Origin: Selaginella moellendorffii
Taxonomy: Eukaryota > Plantae > Lycopodiophyta
Reading direction: 5' to 3'
Assembly (NCBI RefSeq): GCF_000143415.4
Contig: NW_003314338.1
Span: 203,015-267,014 of the forward strand
Length of the DNA: 64,000 nucleotides
The notes under the pieces are model-generated. The model made no database searches and was not told the origin of the DNA. It was given only the letters and a program-made list of their open reading frames with translations. This document shows positions 25,475 to 38,900 of the stretch, piece by piece; the first letter of the stretch is position 1, and every line of letters starts with the position of its first letter. A program made the position numbers and the translations under genes.

Positions 25475-25998
25475 CAGACTCGGACTCGGACTCAGACTCG
25501 GACTCGGTCTCGGCCTCGGCCTCAGTCTCGGTCTCGGTCCAGGTCTCGTCCCGGTCTCGGTCTCAACCTTGGACTCCATCTCGGGTCCTTCTCGGACTCC
25601 ATCTCGGATTCCATCTTGGGTCCATCTCGGACTCCATCTCGGTCCATCTCCGACTCCATCTCGGACTCCGTCTCGGACTCCATCTCGGACTCCATCTTGG
25701 GCTCCGTCTCGGTCCATCTCGGACTCCATCTCGGACTCCACTTTGGACTCCATCTCGGACTCCACTTCAGACTCCACTTGGGACTCCATCTCGGACTCCA
25801 TCTCGGACTCCACCTCGGACTCCACCTCGGACTCCACCTCGGACTCCGTCTCGGTCCATCTCGGACTCCATCTCGGACTCCACCTCGGACTCCACCTCGG
25901 ACTCCATCTCGGACTCCGTCTCGGTCCATCTCGGACTCCATCTTGGACTCCACCTCGGACTCCACCTCAGACTCCACCTCGGACTCCATCTCGGACTC
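25475..25998 (-). repeat. LTR minisatellite of the 5' LTR (longer allele)
   Basis: Same units as 19884-20232, about 175 bp longer. Confidence 0.95.
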
Positions 25999-26689
25999 CT
26001 CGCTCATTGCTCGCTTCGTGCTTGTTCCTCGAGCACTTTGTTGGGAGTTCCACTCCCGCTCTCAACCTTTCAAGTCAGAGCTTTTAGTCCAAATGTGTTA
26101 CGCTCGTTTGGCTTTCACTTCGGCCACTACCACGTGGCACCCTTTCCAGCTCCACTTTGGGGCCTAGGGATTTTGTGTCTCACATTTGGCAAGCCAGACT
26201 AACGGTGTAACGGTTGGGTGAACCAAGGACTATAGAGTTTGTTCAAGGTAGCCAAAGCACCGATAAGGTACTTCGATAAGCACTAGTTGAAATAGGGACA
26301 TGGAAAGTAGACATGGATTTCACCGTGTTGGACATAGTGGGATTTGACGTAATCTTCAGGATGGATTGGTTCAATCGGTTCATAGTAGCCCAGCATGGAC
26401 AAGGTAGGAACCTTGTGGTATTGGCGAATGCCTAGGGAGAACGATCTAGGGTGGAGGCCCAGGATTTGAATGTAGGGCAAAGTAAAGCCAAAGACTCTTG
26501 CTTAAACCTGGTGTGCACAAGAGGACAACTCACTAAAGGAACCAAGGTAGCACTTTTATGCTTACTCTTGGTGAAGAGTGACAAAAAGACAAGAATAGAA
26601 GAAATACCTTTAGTGATCTAGCAGGTGTTGGACCAATTCCAAGATACCATGCCGGAGGAGCTACCGGCAGGGTTGCCCCTGCACGACCG

Positions 26690-27663
26690 ATAGAATATAA
26701 GATTGAGCTGATTAAGGGTGCTAAGGTGGTGGTTCGCCCACCCTATCATTTGAATGAAAAGGAACTCGAGGAGCTCAAGCGCCAACTAGAAGAGTTGGTG
26801 GACAAAGGGTATGTTAGGTTAAGCAAGTCGCCATATGGGTGTTGGTGTTATTTGTGAAAAAGAAAGATGGATCTCTGCGCATATGTATAGACTACTGATT
26901 GCTCAACAAGTATACAAAGAAGAACAAGTACTCTTTGCCAAGGATAGAGGACCTGCTCGATAAGTTGGGAAAGGAAAAATACTTCTTGAGGATTAACCTA
27001 AGGTCAGAATACTATCAGATCAGGGTAGCAGAGGAAGATGTCGAGAAGACAACGTGTCGGACAAGGTATGGGAGCTTTGAGTTTCTAGTGATGCCCTTTG
27101 GGCTATGCAATGCGCTAGCAATGTTTTTGGTGTTGATGAAGTACATTTTTGTACCCTATCTGGATCACTTTGTGGTCATCTATATTGACGACATTTTGAT
27201 CTATAGCGAGACACAAGAGTAGCATGCTGAACATTTGACGAAAGTCTATATGCTAAAAAGAGCAAATGTGACTTTGCTCAACAAGAGGTAAATTTTCTCG
27301 GGCATGTGGTGGGCAAGGACGGGCTTAAGGTGGACCTTGAGAAGGTCCAAGTGATCCAGAAATGGGAATGACCATCAAACGTACATGAGTTGAGGGCATT
27401 CTTGGGGCTATACAACTACAATTGAAAGTTTATCAAACATTATTCAAGAGTAACTCTGCCCTTAACAGACTAAATGGGTAAAAGGAAGATGGTATAGACA
27501 GTGGAATGCGAGGTAGCATTTATCCACCTCAAAGGGAAGTTGAGGAAGACCCTATGTTGGCATTACCCAACTTTAGTAAGCACTTTTAGATAGAAACGGG
27601 TGCTTTAGACTTTGCATTAGGTGCAGTTTTGAAGCAAGACAACCATCTAGTGGCATTTATGAG
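26690..27663 (+). pseudogene. Reverse transcriptase / RNase H remnant
   Basis: ORF 26899-27222 contains [31 protein letters not shown] and [12 protein letters not shown], flanked by in-frame stops and frameshifts. Confidence 0.92.
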
Positions 27664-30600
27664 TGACTAATTTTTCCATTCTACTTTAGTCACTTAACCG
27701 CACCTCAGACCACTTGGATGAGTCTCACTCACAACCTCCATAAGCCCTATTCTGGACTTGGGTATGCTAGTCTTTTGCTCCTATCTTTGCCAAGTCTTTT
27801 CACTTGACAAGTCTGTGATCATGCATGAACTCTTCTATGCTTGGCCCCATGGGCCACCCTTTTTGAAGTTAGCACCTTCAACTAGGGGATTTATTCCCTT
27901 GACTCGCCAATCTTGCTTATCAAGTGTGACATGGTTTATGCATAAGCGTGAAAGTCCTTAACCATTGACTTTTGTTCAAAGCCCTCTCTTTGAACACTTG
28001 GGAACTACTTCCCCAACCTTGATAGCCTCACCTTATAGGTAGCTTTAAGACCACACTTCTGTTGTGCCACTCTGATTTTGTGCACTCTAGGAACCATTTA
28101 CACTTGGCTTTCTAGGTACTTATCTACCCAGAATTGTCTTCGGGAACCTTCAAGGAACTTTGTTCTTTAGTTTGCTAAGGCTTCTCCTTCGCAAGCTCTC
28201 TACTCACCATATGGTCTAACATGGATAATTCCACATTTTAGACTCTTCATGGCATTGTGGTTGCTAGTAGCAATATCCTTGAGCACCCTCTTGATTCTCC
28301 ACTCCCAACTTGCATAACCACCGTTGGTTATGCCCTTCGATTTCTATGGTTCAGTTCCATCCCAATACTATTTGCCTTTTGGCCTCTTGTGTTTCCTTTA
28401 GTTATTCTCCTCCAGACTAGGAACATAGCTTTGCACCTTCTACCATGCCTTAACAAGTATTTATAGGGATGAACCTACCCAATAGCTTAGGGAGTGGTTC
28501 CTCAATCTGGGCATGCTCACTTTATAATCCCACACACCAGAATTAATATTGCTACTTATGGGCCTCTATATGCCTATCACTAGCTTTGCTAAAATCCCAT
28601 TTTTGGCTTTGTCCAAATTGGGTAGACAGATTTCTCCCGTCTCCAGAGCCTTGGACATTTGAATAACACCTTCTATCTGTCATTTGCTAGGGACTTAATC
28701 CCTTGGGCTTTATCTAATGCCCTCGTGACACCAAACACCACTTCCTGGTGTTCTAAAGTGTTTGGGTGTCCCGATGATGGCCTTCTTTGGCAATGAGCAT
28801 TCCCTTTACGACATTGACTTACTATTTCGCAACATAAACAGTTTCTCCCCCATAAGGGTATATCTAACTTCCTTATCCCTATAAGAAGTCTTAGGTAGTT
28901 ACCAATTTAACTAATTATTTTGCACCTTTTGCTTAGTTGCCTCATAGTTGTCAAGTCCTACAACTCTTTGCTGGTGCTTCCACACCTCCATCATTATTTG
29001 GGTCATCACACTCTAATCACATGCCTTCTAGCTTAGGCTATGCCATTCCCATTTCCATTGGGATTCCCTTGGTAAGGGGTTCTCATGAACCCACCAACAT
29101 AACCTCAAGGTATCACACTTTGGCACATTTGGGGTTTCCACACCATCGGCTCCATGAGCCTATCTTTATGACACATTTACTTGTGTCTAGGTCTTTTGCC
29201 AAAACCAATACGGTTGTCTCTCATACCAACTATCTATTAGGATTGCACCATAGAGTTCATGCACAACTTTGTGTCAAAGTTGTCTTCTTCTGGGAAACTC
29301 TTTCCCATGACTTTAGCATGGCACCTTTTGCCATCGATGAGATACACACTATTCTCATGCTTGGATCTTAAGATCCTCCCCATCCTTCGTGCGGCAGCAC
29401 ACACCTCAGTTCAAATGCTCCCATCAATCCCTTAGGATTATTTTTTAACTCTATTGGAGTCATCTAGCTCTTTGGACTTTGCTAATCCGACAACCTATGA
29501 GGTCCTACTTTTGAGGTACCAGCTCACTAGAATACAACTTCTTGTATTCGCATCTTACTCACAAAGACCATATTTGCAAGTGTCACTCCAACACTTGATG
29601 TTGTTCCCTAGGGCAACCTTTTGCCCCTTAGGACTACTTGTCCATATAATGAGAATACCAACTCATCCTCTAAGTACATCCCCAACTCCTTGGGGTTTTC
29701 TAGCATTTATCAAGGGTAGCCTTGAGTACCATTTTGAGGACTTGTGCCCTTTTCGGTATTTGACCCTCCACGGTCATTAATTCTGGTCTCAAATTCATGA
29801 GCATTAGCTTCAATTTCAAAAGGGTATTCTTGTGACTCCTTTATTGTTTTGGAGTCTGCATCTTTCCCCTGATCCCAACTATAGTTGTTTACCACAACTA
29901 TATTAGCCCGTTTGCTACATCAAACGCTCATCTGGATCACATCCTCAACTCTCTGAGGAAACCCTTATACTATTCCCAAGATCCTAAAGTCATTCCATTA
30001 TTAGCCCTTTTCCATCCACCACATTGCGCACAAGTTCACACATGAACTTGAGTGGAGAGCCATGTTTTCCTGACTTGCTACTCCTAAAGGAAACACCCAC
30101 TTCTAGGACCTTCCGATGCCAACACAAGTGGTGATATACTTGACCACCAATAAAAGTCAAACTAAGGAACACCTCTGATACCAAGTTATGAGTGACTAAT
30201 TTTTCCATTCTACATTAGTCACTCAACCGCACCTCCAACCACTAGGAGGAGTCTTACTCACAACCTCCATAAGCCCTATCCTGGACTTGGGCATGCTAGC
30301 CTTGAGAATGGCATCCCCGCCACTCAACCTTTACACTTGGCCCAAGTGCTCCACATGTCTGATCCCATGACTGACACCCCAATGTACCATTGACATATCA
30401 ACCCGTTACGCTAAGGCTATGCCCATTCACCTTGGTCACATCGGTGGTCCGACACCACCTATATTACAATCCCATCTCTCAAAGACTAGGTTATCCATTC
30501 GTGAATGATCACCCCAGATCCACTCCTTAGCATCCTTAGGATGCTCACAAACATGGGGAATAGCCTTCCCCAACATCCCTTTTACAGTCTCCACCAAGTC

Positions 30601-30998
30601 CCTTTTTGCCCATGGCCGTGTTCCCCAACACTGCCACTGGATCAAGGCCCATAGGCCTGACCACTAAGTCCCACGGTCCTCTAGGACTTCCTCACCACCC
30701 AATTGTATCCTTGGTCACTACCCCAGAGGACTACTCTTCTTCCTTTCCACAGTATGGGCCTTTGGGACAACATTTCGGAACACCGTGGCCCTACACAGGC
30801 CTCATGGGTACTCTCCCCACCTTCCACCTATGGGTGCTCTACCCATAGGTGTAGAGCGAGGTTTTGTTGAGCCACACTTGGTATCCAAGTAGGTAGTGCC
30901 ACCCACACTTGGACTGGGAGCATCGGCCAGTCAATCTCTCCGGGGACCTAGAGCTGGCCCTTGAACACTTCACCAAGCTACCCCACTTGTCGGTCTGT
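27658..30998 (-). mobile_element. Internally deleted LARD-family copy
   Basis: LTR 3'-end pieces TATGAGTGACTAATTTTTCC at 27658 and 30187, PBS (reverse complement) at 30172-30183, and an interior collinear with 22060-24470. Confidence 0.85.
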
Positions 30999-31007
30999 CT
31001 CCCAAGA

Positions 31008-32963
31008 GACTGGGAACGGGACCGGGACCGAAACCGAGCCCGAGGCCGAGACCAAGCCCGAGCACGAGTCCAAGTTCGATTCCGAGTCCGAGTCCGAGTT
31101 CGAGTCTGAGAGGGTGAAAGCCCAAAGCGTTTGTCTCCCAGACCCTGGGGGGTTTCGTGAGCTCCAAAAGTATAGTGAGGGGGAGGACTGCAGTGGAGCC
31201 AGTTTGGCCAGGAAGGGCCAGTTTGGCCTAGGAAGGCTGTGCTCAGTGTTGGGTGATGAGCTGCCCACTGGGAAGTCCAAGACTAGAGTGAACATAGACC
31301 GACAAGCGGGGTAGCTTGGTGAAGTGTTCAAGAGCCGGCTCTAGTTCCCCCGGGAGATTGACTGGCCGATGCTCCCAGTCCAAGTGTGGGTGGCACTACC
31401 TACTTGGATACTAGGCGTGGCTCAACGGAACCTCGCTCTAAGCCCATGGCTAGAGCACCCAAAGGCAGAAGGCGGGGAGAGTACCCAGGTGGCTCGCATA
31501 AGGCCACAGTGTTCCAAAGTGTTGTCCCAAAGTCCCAGACTGTGGAAAGGAAAAGGAGCAATTCTTTGGTGTGGTGGCAAAGGATACGGTCACATGGTGA
31601 GGAAGTCCCAGAGGACCATGGGACTTAGTGGTCAGGCCTGTGGGCCTCGATTCGGTGGCAGTGTTGGCAAACTCGGCCAAGGGCAGAAAGGGACTTAGTG
31701 GGGACAGACAGAGGGATTTTGGGGAAGGCTGTTCCCCTTGTTGGTGGGCATCCTAAGGATGCTAAGGAGTGGATCTGGGATGACCACTCACGGATGGTTG
31801 CCCCAGTCTTTGAGAGACAAGACTGTGTTGCAAGTGGTATAGGACTACCAGTGCGGCAAAGGTGATTGGGCATGGCCTTAGCATAACAGGCTGCTATGTC
31901 GGTGGTACCTTTGAGTGTCGGTCATGGGATCGGACACGTGGAGCACTTGGACCAGGTGCAAGGGTGGAGTGGCATGGATGCCATTCTTGGGGCTAGCAAA
32001 TTCCAAGTCCTTAATTGGACTTAAGGAGGTTGTGAATGAGACTCCTCCAAGTGGTCGGAGGTGTGGTTAAGTGACTAAAGTAGAATGGAAAATTTAGTCG
32101 CTTACAACTTGGTATCGGAGCTGTTCCTTAGTTTGACTCTTATTGGTGGCCAAGTATATCACCACTTGTATTGGGATTGGAAGGTCCTAGATATGGACCT
32201 ATCCTCGAGGAGTAGCATGTTGAGAGGACATGGCTCTCCACTCAAGTTCATCCGTGAACTTGTGCACGATATGGTGGATGGAAAAAGGGCCAGTAAGGGA
32301 ACGACTTTGGGATCTTGGGAACAGTATAAAGGTTTCCTTAGAGAGCTGAGGATGTGATCCAGATGAGCGTTTGACACAGCAAACGAGCTAATGTAGTTGT
32401 GGTAAATAACTACAGTTGGGATCACGGGGAAGATGCAGACTCCAAAACAAAAAAGGAGTCACAAAATTACCCTCGTATAGTTGAGGTTGGTGCTCATAAC
32501 TTTGAGACCGGAATTGATGACCATGGGAGGTCAAATACAGAAAAGGACGCTTGAAATGGTAGCCGGGGCTACCTCTAATAAATGTTGGAACAACCCAAGG
32601 AATTGGGGGTGTACTCAAAGGATGAGTTGGTGTTCTTATCACATGGACAAGTGGTCCTTAGGGGCAAAAGGCTGCCCAAGAGAACAAATCAAGTGTCAGA
32701 GTAACACTTGAAAAGATGGTCCTTGTGAACAGGACTTGAATACAAGAAAGTTATATTCAAATGAGCTGGCACCTCAAAAGTAAGACCTTATAGGTCGGGG
32801 GATTAGCAAAGTCCAAAATGCTGGATGACTCAAGTGGAGTCAGGGAATGGTTCTAAAGGATTACTAGAAGCATTTGGACTGAGGTGTATGCTACCCCATG
32901 AGGTATGGGGAGAATCATAAGAATCAAGTATGAGAACAGAGGGTATCTCATTGATGGCAGAAT
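31008..32963 (+). mobile_element. 5'-truncated LARD-family copy (LTR to ~32106, PBS, start of interior)
   Basis: ...AGTCGCTTACA-ACT-TGGTATCGGAGC at ~32096-32121. Interrupted at 32964 by another copy. Confidence 0.88.
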
Positions 32964-35900
32964 TGTGAGACACAAAATCCCTAGGCCCCAAAGTGGAGCC
33001 GGAAGGGTGCCACGTGGTAGTGGCCGAAGCGAAAGCCAAACGAGCGTAATATGTTTGGACTAAAAGCTCTGACTTGGAACTTTAAAAGCGGGAGTGGAAC
33101 TCCCAACAAAGTGCTCTCAAGGAACAAGCACAAAGCGAGCAAAAAGTGAGGCTCCAAAATGGGACCCAAAAGGACCAACACATGACACATGGAAGTGTCC
33201 GACATGGAGTCCGAAGTGGAGTCCGAGATGGAGTCTGAGGTGGAGTCCGAGATGGACCGAGACAAAGTCCGAGATGGAGTCCGAGATGGACCGAGACGGA
33301 GTCCGAGATGGAGTCCGAGATGGACCGAGACGGAGTCCGAGATGGAGTCCGAGGTAGAGTCCGAGATGGAGTCCAAGGTAGAGTCCGAGATGGAGTCCGA
33401 GATGGAGTCCGAAGTGGAGTCTGAGATGGAGTCCGAGGCGGAGTCCGAGATGGACCAAGATGGAGTCCGAGATGGACCGAGACGGAGTCCAAGATGGAGT
33501 CCGAGATGGACCGAGACGGATTCCGAGATGGAGTCCGAGATGGACCGAGACGGATTCCGAGATGGAGTCCGAGATGGACCCGAGATTGAATCCGAGATGG
33601 AGTCCGAGAAGGACCCAAGATGGAGTCCGAGGTCAAGACCGAGACTGGGACCGAGACCGGGACTGAGACCGAGACCGAGATCGGGACCGAGACCGAGCTT
33701 GAGGCGGAGGCCGAGACTGAGCCCGAGCCCGAGTCCGAGTCTGAGTCCAAGTCCGAGTCTGAGTCCGAGTTCAAGTCTGAGAGGGTGAAAGCCCAAAGCA
33801 TTCGTCTCCCAGACCCTGGGGGTTTGGTGAGCTCCAAAAGTATAGTGAGGGGGAGGATTGCAGTGGAGCCAGTTTCGCCAAGAAAGGCCAGTTTGGCCCA
33901 GGAAGGCCAGACCCAGTGTTGGGTGATGAACTGACCACTGGGAAGTCCAAGACTAGAGTGAATACAGACCAACAAATGGGGTAGCTTGGTGAAGTGTTCA
34001 AGAGCCGGCTCTAGTTCCCCTGGGAGATCAATTGGCCGATGCTCCTAGTCCAAGTGTGGGTGGCACTACCTACTTGGATACTAGGCATGGCTCAATGGAA
34101 CCTTGCTCTAAGCCCATGGCTAGAGCACCTAAAGGCGAAAGGCGGGGAGAGTACCCACAGGGCTCACATAGGCCAATGGTGTTCTGAAATGTTGTTCCGG
34201 AGTCCCAAATGGGGGAAAGGAGGAAGAGTAGTCCTCTAGTGTAGTGACTAGGATATAGTCACATGGTGAAGAAGTCCCGAAGGACCATGGGACTTAGTGG
34301 TCGGGCCTGTAGGCCTTGATCAAGTGGCAGTGTTGGCGAACATGGCCATGGACAGAAAAGGGACTTGGTAGGAACTAGCGAAGGGATATTGGGGAAGGCT
34401 ATTCCCCAGGTCTGTGGGCATCCTAAGGATGCTGAGGAGTGGATCTGGGATGACCACTCGTGGTCGGATGGCCCAATCTTGGAGAGACGGGTTTGTGATG
34501 CAAGTGGTATTGGACCACTAGTGTGGCAAAGGTGAATAGGCATGGCCTTAGCGTAACGAGCCAATATGTCAGTAGTACCTTTGGGTGTCGCTCTTGGGAC
34601 TGGACACGTGGAGCACTTGGATTAAGTGCAAGGGATGAGTGGCATGGGTGCCATTCTCGGGGCTAGCAAGTGCCAAGTTCTTTATTGGACTTAAGGAGGT
34701 TGTGAATGAGACTCCTCCAAGTGGTTGAAGGTGTGGTTAAGTGACTAAAGTAGAATGGAAAAATTAGTCGCTTACAACTTGGTATCGGAGCTGTACCTTA
34801 GTCCGACTCTTATTGGTGGCCAAGTATATCACCGCTTGTATTGGAATCGGAGGGTCCTAGATATGGACCTGTCCTCGAGGAGTAGCATGTCGAAAAGGCA
34901 TGGCTCTCCACTCAAGTTCATGCATGAACTTGCGCACGATGTGGTGGATGGAAAAAGGGCCAGTAAGGGAACGACTTCGGGATCTTGGGAACAGTATAAA
35001 GGTTTCCTCATAGAGTTGAGGATGTGATCTAGATGAGCGTTTGACTTTGCAAACTGGCTAATATAGTTGTGGTAAACAACTATAGTTAGGATCACGGGAA
35101 AGATAAAGACTCCAAAACAATAAAGGAGTCACAAGATTATTCTCATATAGTTAAGGTGCGTGCTCATGAATGTGAGATCAGAAGTAATGACCGCGGGAGG
35201 TCAAATACGGAAAAGGACACAAGTCCTTGAAATAGTAGCCAGAGCTACCTCTAATAATGCTAGAACAACCCAAGGAGGTGGGGGTGTACTTAGAGGATGA
35301 GTTGGTATTCTCATCACATGGACAAGTGGTCCTAAGGGGCAAAGGTTAGCCCGAAGAAAATCATCAAGTGTCAAAGTAACACTTGCAAAGATTGTCCTTG
35401 TGAGTAGGACATGAATACAAGAAGTTGTATTTTAGTGAGTTGGCACCTCTAAGACTGAGACCTCGGAGGTTGTTGGATTAGCAAAGTCTAAAATTCTGGA
35501 TGACTCAAGCGGAGTCAGGGAATGGTCCTAAGGGATTGGTTGAAGCATTTGGACTGAGGTGTATAGTGCCCCATGAGGTATGGGGAGGATCATAAGATCC
35601 AAGTATGAGAACAGTAGGTATCTCATTAACGGCAAAATGTGCCATACTAAAGTTGTGGGAAAGATGTTCCTAGAAAAAAACAACTTTGGCCCAGAGTTGG
35701 GTGCAAGCACTATGGTGCGGTGCTAATAGATAGTTAGCATGAGGAACAACTATATTGGTCTTGGCAAAGATCTAGACACTAATAAGTAGTGTCATAAGGG
35801 TAGGCTCGTGGGGCCAATGGTGTGGAGACACCAAATGTGCCAAGGTGTGATACCTTGAAGTTATCATGGTGGGTTCATAAGAACCCCTTACCAAGGGAAT

Positions 35901-38900
35901 TCCAAGGGAAGCGGGAAAGGCATGGCCTAAGCTGGAAGGCATGCGGTTGGAGTGTGGTGACCCAGATAATGATGGAGGTGTGGAAGCACCAAGCAATGAG
36001 TTGTAGGACTTGACAGCTATGGGGCAACTAAGCAAGAGGTGCAAGATAATTGGTTAAACGGGTAGAAGGTAGCTACCCAAGACTTCTTAATGGCATAAGG
36101 AAGTTAAATATACTCTTACGGGGGATAAATTGCTTATGTTGCGATATAGTAAGTCAATGTCGTAAAGGAGAATGCTCATTGTCAGGAGGCCATCATCGGG
36201 ACACCCAAACACTCTAGAACACCAGAAGGTGGTGTTTCATGTCGCAAGGGCAATAGATAAGGCCCAAGGGACTAAGTCCCTAGCGAATGATGGATAGAAG
36301 GTGCTATCCAAATGTCCAAAATTGTGGAGATAGGAGAAGACTATCTACCCAAATTAGACAAAGCCAAAAATGAAATTTTGGCAAGGCTAGTGATGGGCAT
36401 GTAAAGGCCCATAAGCAGCAACGTTAACCCCGGTGTGTGGGATTATAAGGTGAGCATGCCCAAGATTGAGGAACCACTCCCTAGGCTATCGGGTAGGTTC
36501 ATCTTGAACAATACTTGCTAAGGCATAGTAAAATGTGCAAAGCTATCCTCCTAGTTTGGAGGAGAATAACCAAAGGAAACATATGAGGCCAAAAGGCAAG
36601 TAGTATTGGGATGGAACTGAACCATAAAAATCGAAAGACATATCCAACGATGATTATGCAAGTTGGGAGTGGAGAATCAAGAGGGTGCTCGAGGATGTTG
36701 TTGCTAGCAACCGTGATGCCATGGAGAGTCTAAAATATGGAATTGTCCATGTTAGACTATATGGCAACTATAAAGCTTCCGAAAAGCGGGGACCGACAAG
36801 CGGGGTAGCTTGGTGAAGTGTTCAGGAGCCGGCTCTAGTTCCCCCGGGAGATCGACTGGCCGATGCTCCCAGTCCAAGTGTGGGTGGCACTACCTACTTG
36901 GATACCTGGTGTGGCTCAACGGAACCCGCTCTAAGCCCATGGCTAGAGCACCCAAGGGCAGAAGGCGAGGAGAGTACCCAGGTGGCTCGCGTAAGGCCAC
37001 GGTGTTCCGAAATGTTGTCCCAAAGGCCTAGACTGTGGAAAGGAAGAGGAGCAGTCCTCTGGGGTAGTGACCAAGGACACAGTCGTGTGGTGAGGAAGTC
37101 CCAGAGGACCATGGGACTTAGTGGTCGGGCCTGTGGGCCTCGATCCAGTGGCAGTGTTGGCAAACACGGCCAGGGGCAAAAAGGGACTTGGTAGGAATTG
37201 ACAAAGGGACTTTGGGGAAGGCGATTCCCCAGGTCTGTGGGCATCCTAAGGATGCTAAGGAGTGGATCTAGGATGACCACTCGTGGACCGATGGCCCAGT
37301 CTTGGAGAGACGGGATGGTGATGCAAGTGGTATTGGACCACTAGTGCAGCAAAGGTGAATGGGCATGGCCTTAGCGTAACGGGCCGAGATGTCAGTGGTA
37401 CCTTTGGGTGTCGGTCTTGGGACCGGACACGTGGAGCACTTGGACCAGGTGCAAGTGTTGAGTGGCATGGATGCCATTCTTGGGGCTAGTAAGTCCAAGT
37501 CCTGAATTGGACTTAAGGAGGTTGTGAGTGAGACTCCTCCAAGTGGTCGAAGGTGTGGTTAAGTGACTAAAGTAGAATGGAAAAATTAGTCGCTTACAAT
37601 TTGGTATCGGAGCTGTTCCTTAGTCCGACTTTTATTGGTGCTCAAGTATATCACCACTGGTGTTGGCAATGGAAGGTCCAAGAAGTGGGCCTATCCTTGA
37701 GGAGTAGCAGGTCGGGAAGACATGGCTCTCCATTACAGTTCATGTGTGAACTTGTAGACAAGGTGGTGGATAGAAAAGGGGCCAATAATGGAACGACTTT
37801 GGGATCTTGGGAACAGTGCAAGGTTTTCCTCATTGAGTTGAGGAGGTGATCCAGATGAGCATTTGACTCAGCAAACGGGCTAATGTAGTTGGGGTAAACA
37901 ACTATAGTTGGGATCACGGGGAAGATAGAGACTCCAAAAACAATAAAGGAGTCACGAGTTTATCCTCACATGGTTGAGGCTGGTGCTCATGAAGGTGAGA
38001 CCGGAATGGATGACCGTGAGAGGTCAAGTATGGATGAGGACACGAGTCCTGGAAATGGTAGCCGGGGCTACCTCTCATAAATGCTGGAACAACCCAAGGA
38101 GTTGGGGGTGTATTAAGTGGATGAGTTGGTATTCTCATCACATGGACAAGTAGTCCTAAGGGGTAAAGGTTGCCCCCAGGGAACAAAATCAAGTGACAGA
38201 GTAACACTTGTGAAAATAGTCCCTTTGAGTAGGACAGGAATGCAAGAAGTGTATTCCAGTGAGCTAGTGCCTCACAAGTAGGACCTTACGGGTCAATGGA
38301 TTAACCAAGTCCAAAACTGCTAGACGACTCAAGTAGAGTCAAGGGATGGTCCTAGAGGGACTGATAGAAGCATTTGGATTGAGGTGCGTTGTACCCCACA
38401 AAGGATGGGGGGGGATCATAGGATCCAAGGATGAGAACAGAGAGTATCTCATCGATGGCAAAATGTGCCATGCTAAAGTTATGGGAAAGGTGTTCCCAAA
38501 AGAAAACAACTTTGACATAAAGTTGTGTGTGACCTCTATGGGGCAGTGCTAACGGATGGTTGGCATGAGAAAGAGCGGTGTTGGTCTTGGCAAAGACTTA
38601 GACACGAAAGGGAAATGTCATAGAGGTAGGCTCGTGGAGCCAATGGTGTGGAGACACCAAATGTGCCAAGGTGTGATACCTTGAGGCTATGATGGTGGGT
38701 TCATGAGAACCCCTTGCTAAAGGAATCCCAATGGAAATGGGAATGGCATAGCCTAAGCTGCAGAGCATGTAGTTGGAGTGTGGTGACCCAGATAATGATG
38801 GAGGTGTGAAAGCACCAAGCAATGAGTTGTAGGACTTGACAACTATGAGGCAACTAAGCAAGAGGTGCAAAATAACTGGTTAAACGGGTAGAAGGTAGCT

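Larger units (their letters stand above)
18884..26184 (-). mobile_element. Complete non-autonomous LTR retroelement (LARD-like), 7301 bp
   Basis: 5' LTR 24475-26184 and 3' LTR 18884-20417, with termini TGTGAG...CTTACA on the minus strand. PBS TGGTATCAGAGC at 24460-24471, PPT GGGTGGTGGAGT at ~20418-20430. Perfect TSD TTTGG at 18879-18883 and 26185-26189. The ~4.06 kb interior has no gag/pol ORF. Confidence 0.95.
16555..27663 (+). mobile_element. Decayed Ty3/gypsy (chromovirus-like) LTR retrotransposon: 5' LTR to 17487, PBS, gag, PR, RT, start of RNase H; split by a 7.3 kb insertion and truncated at RNase H
   Basis: LTR end ...GTTTACA followed by a PBS. Gag ENWFYDVEDYF...AKSWWR (~17940-18075), degenerate Zn knuckle YYNSGEVGHFSRECP, protease ILIDTGASDNF (18832-18870), [36 protein letters not shown], RNase H DFALGAVLKQDNHLVAF. 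PR-RT-RH order, with stops and frameshifts. Confidence 0.92.

Noticed and set aside
33197-33780. CRISPR-like repeat array
   Set aside because: The units are contiguous with no unique spacers, there are no cas genes, and the context is a eukaryotic LTR.
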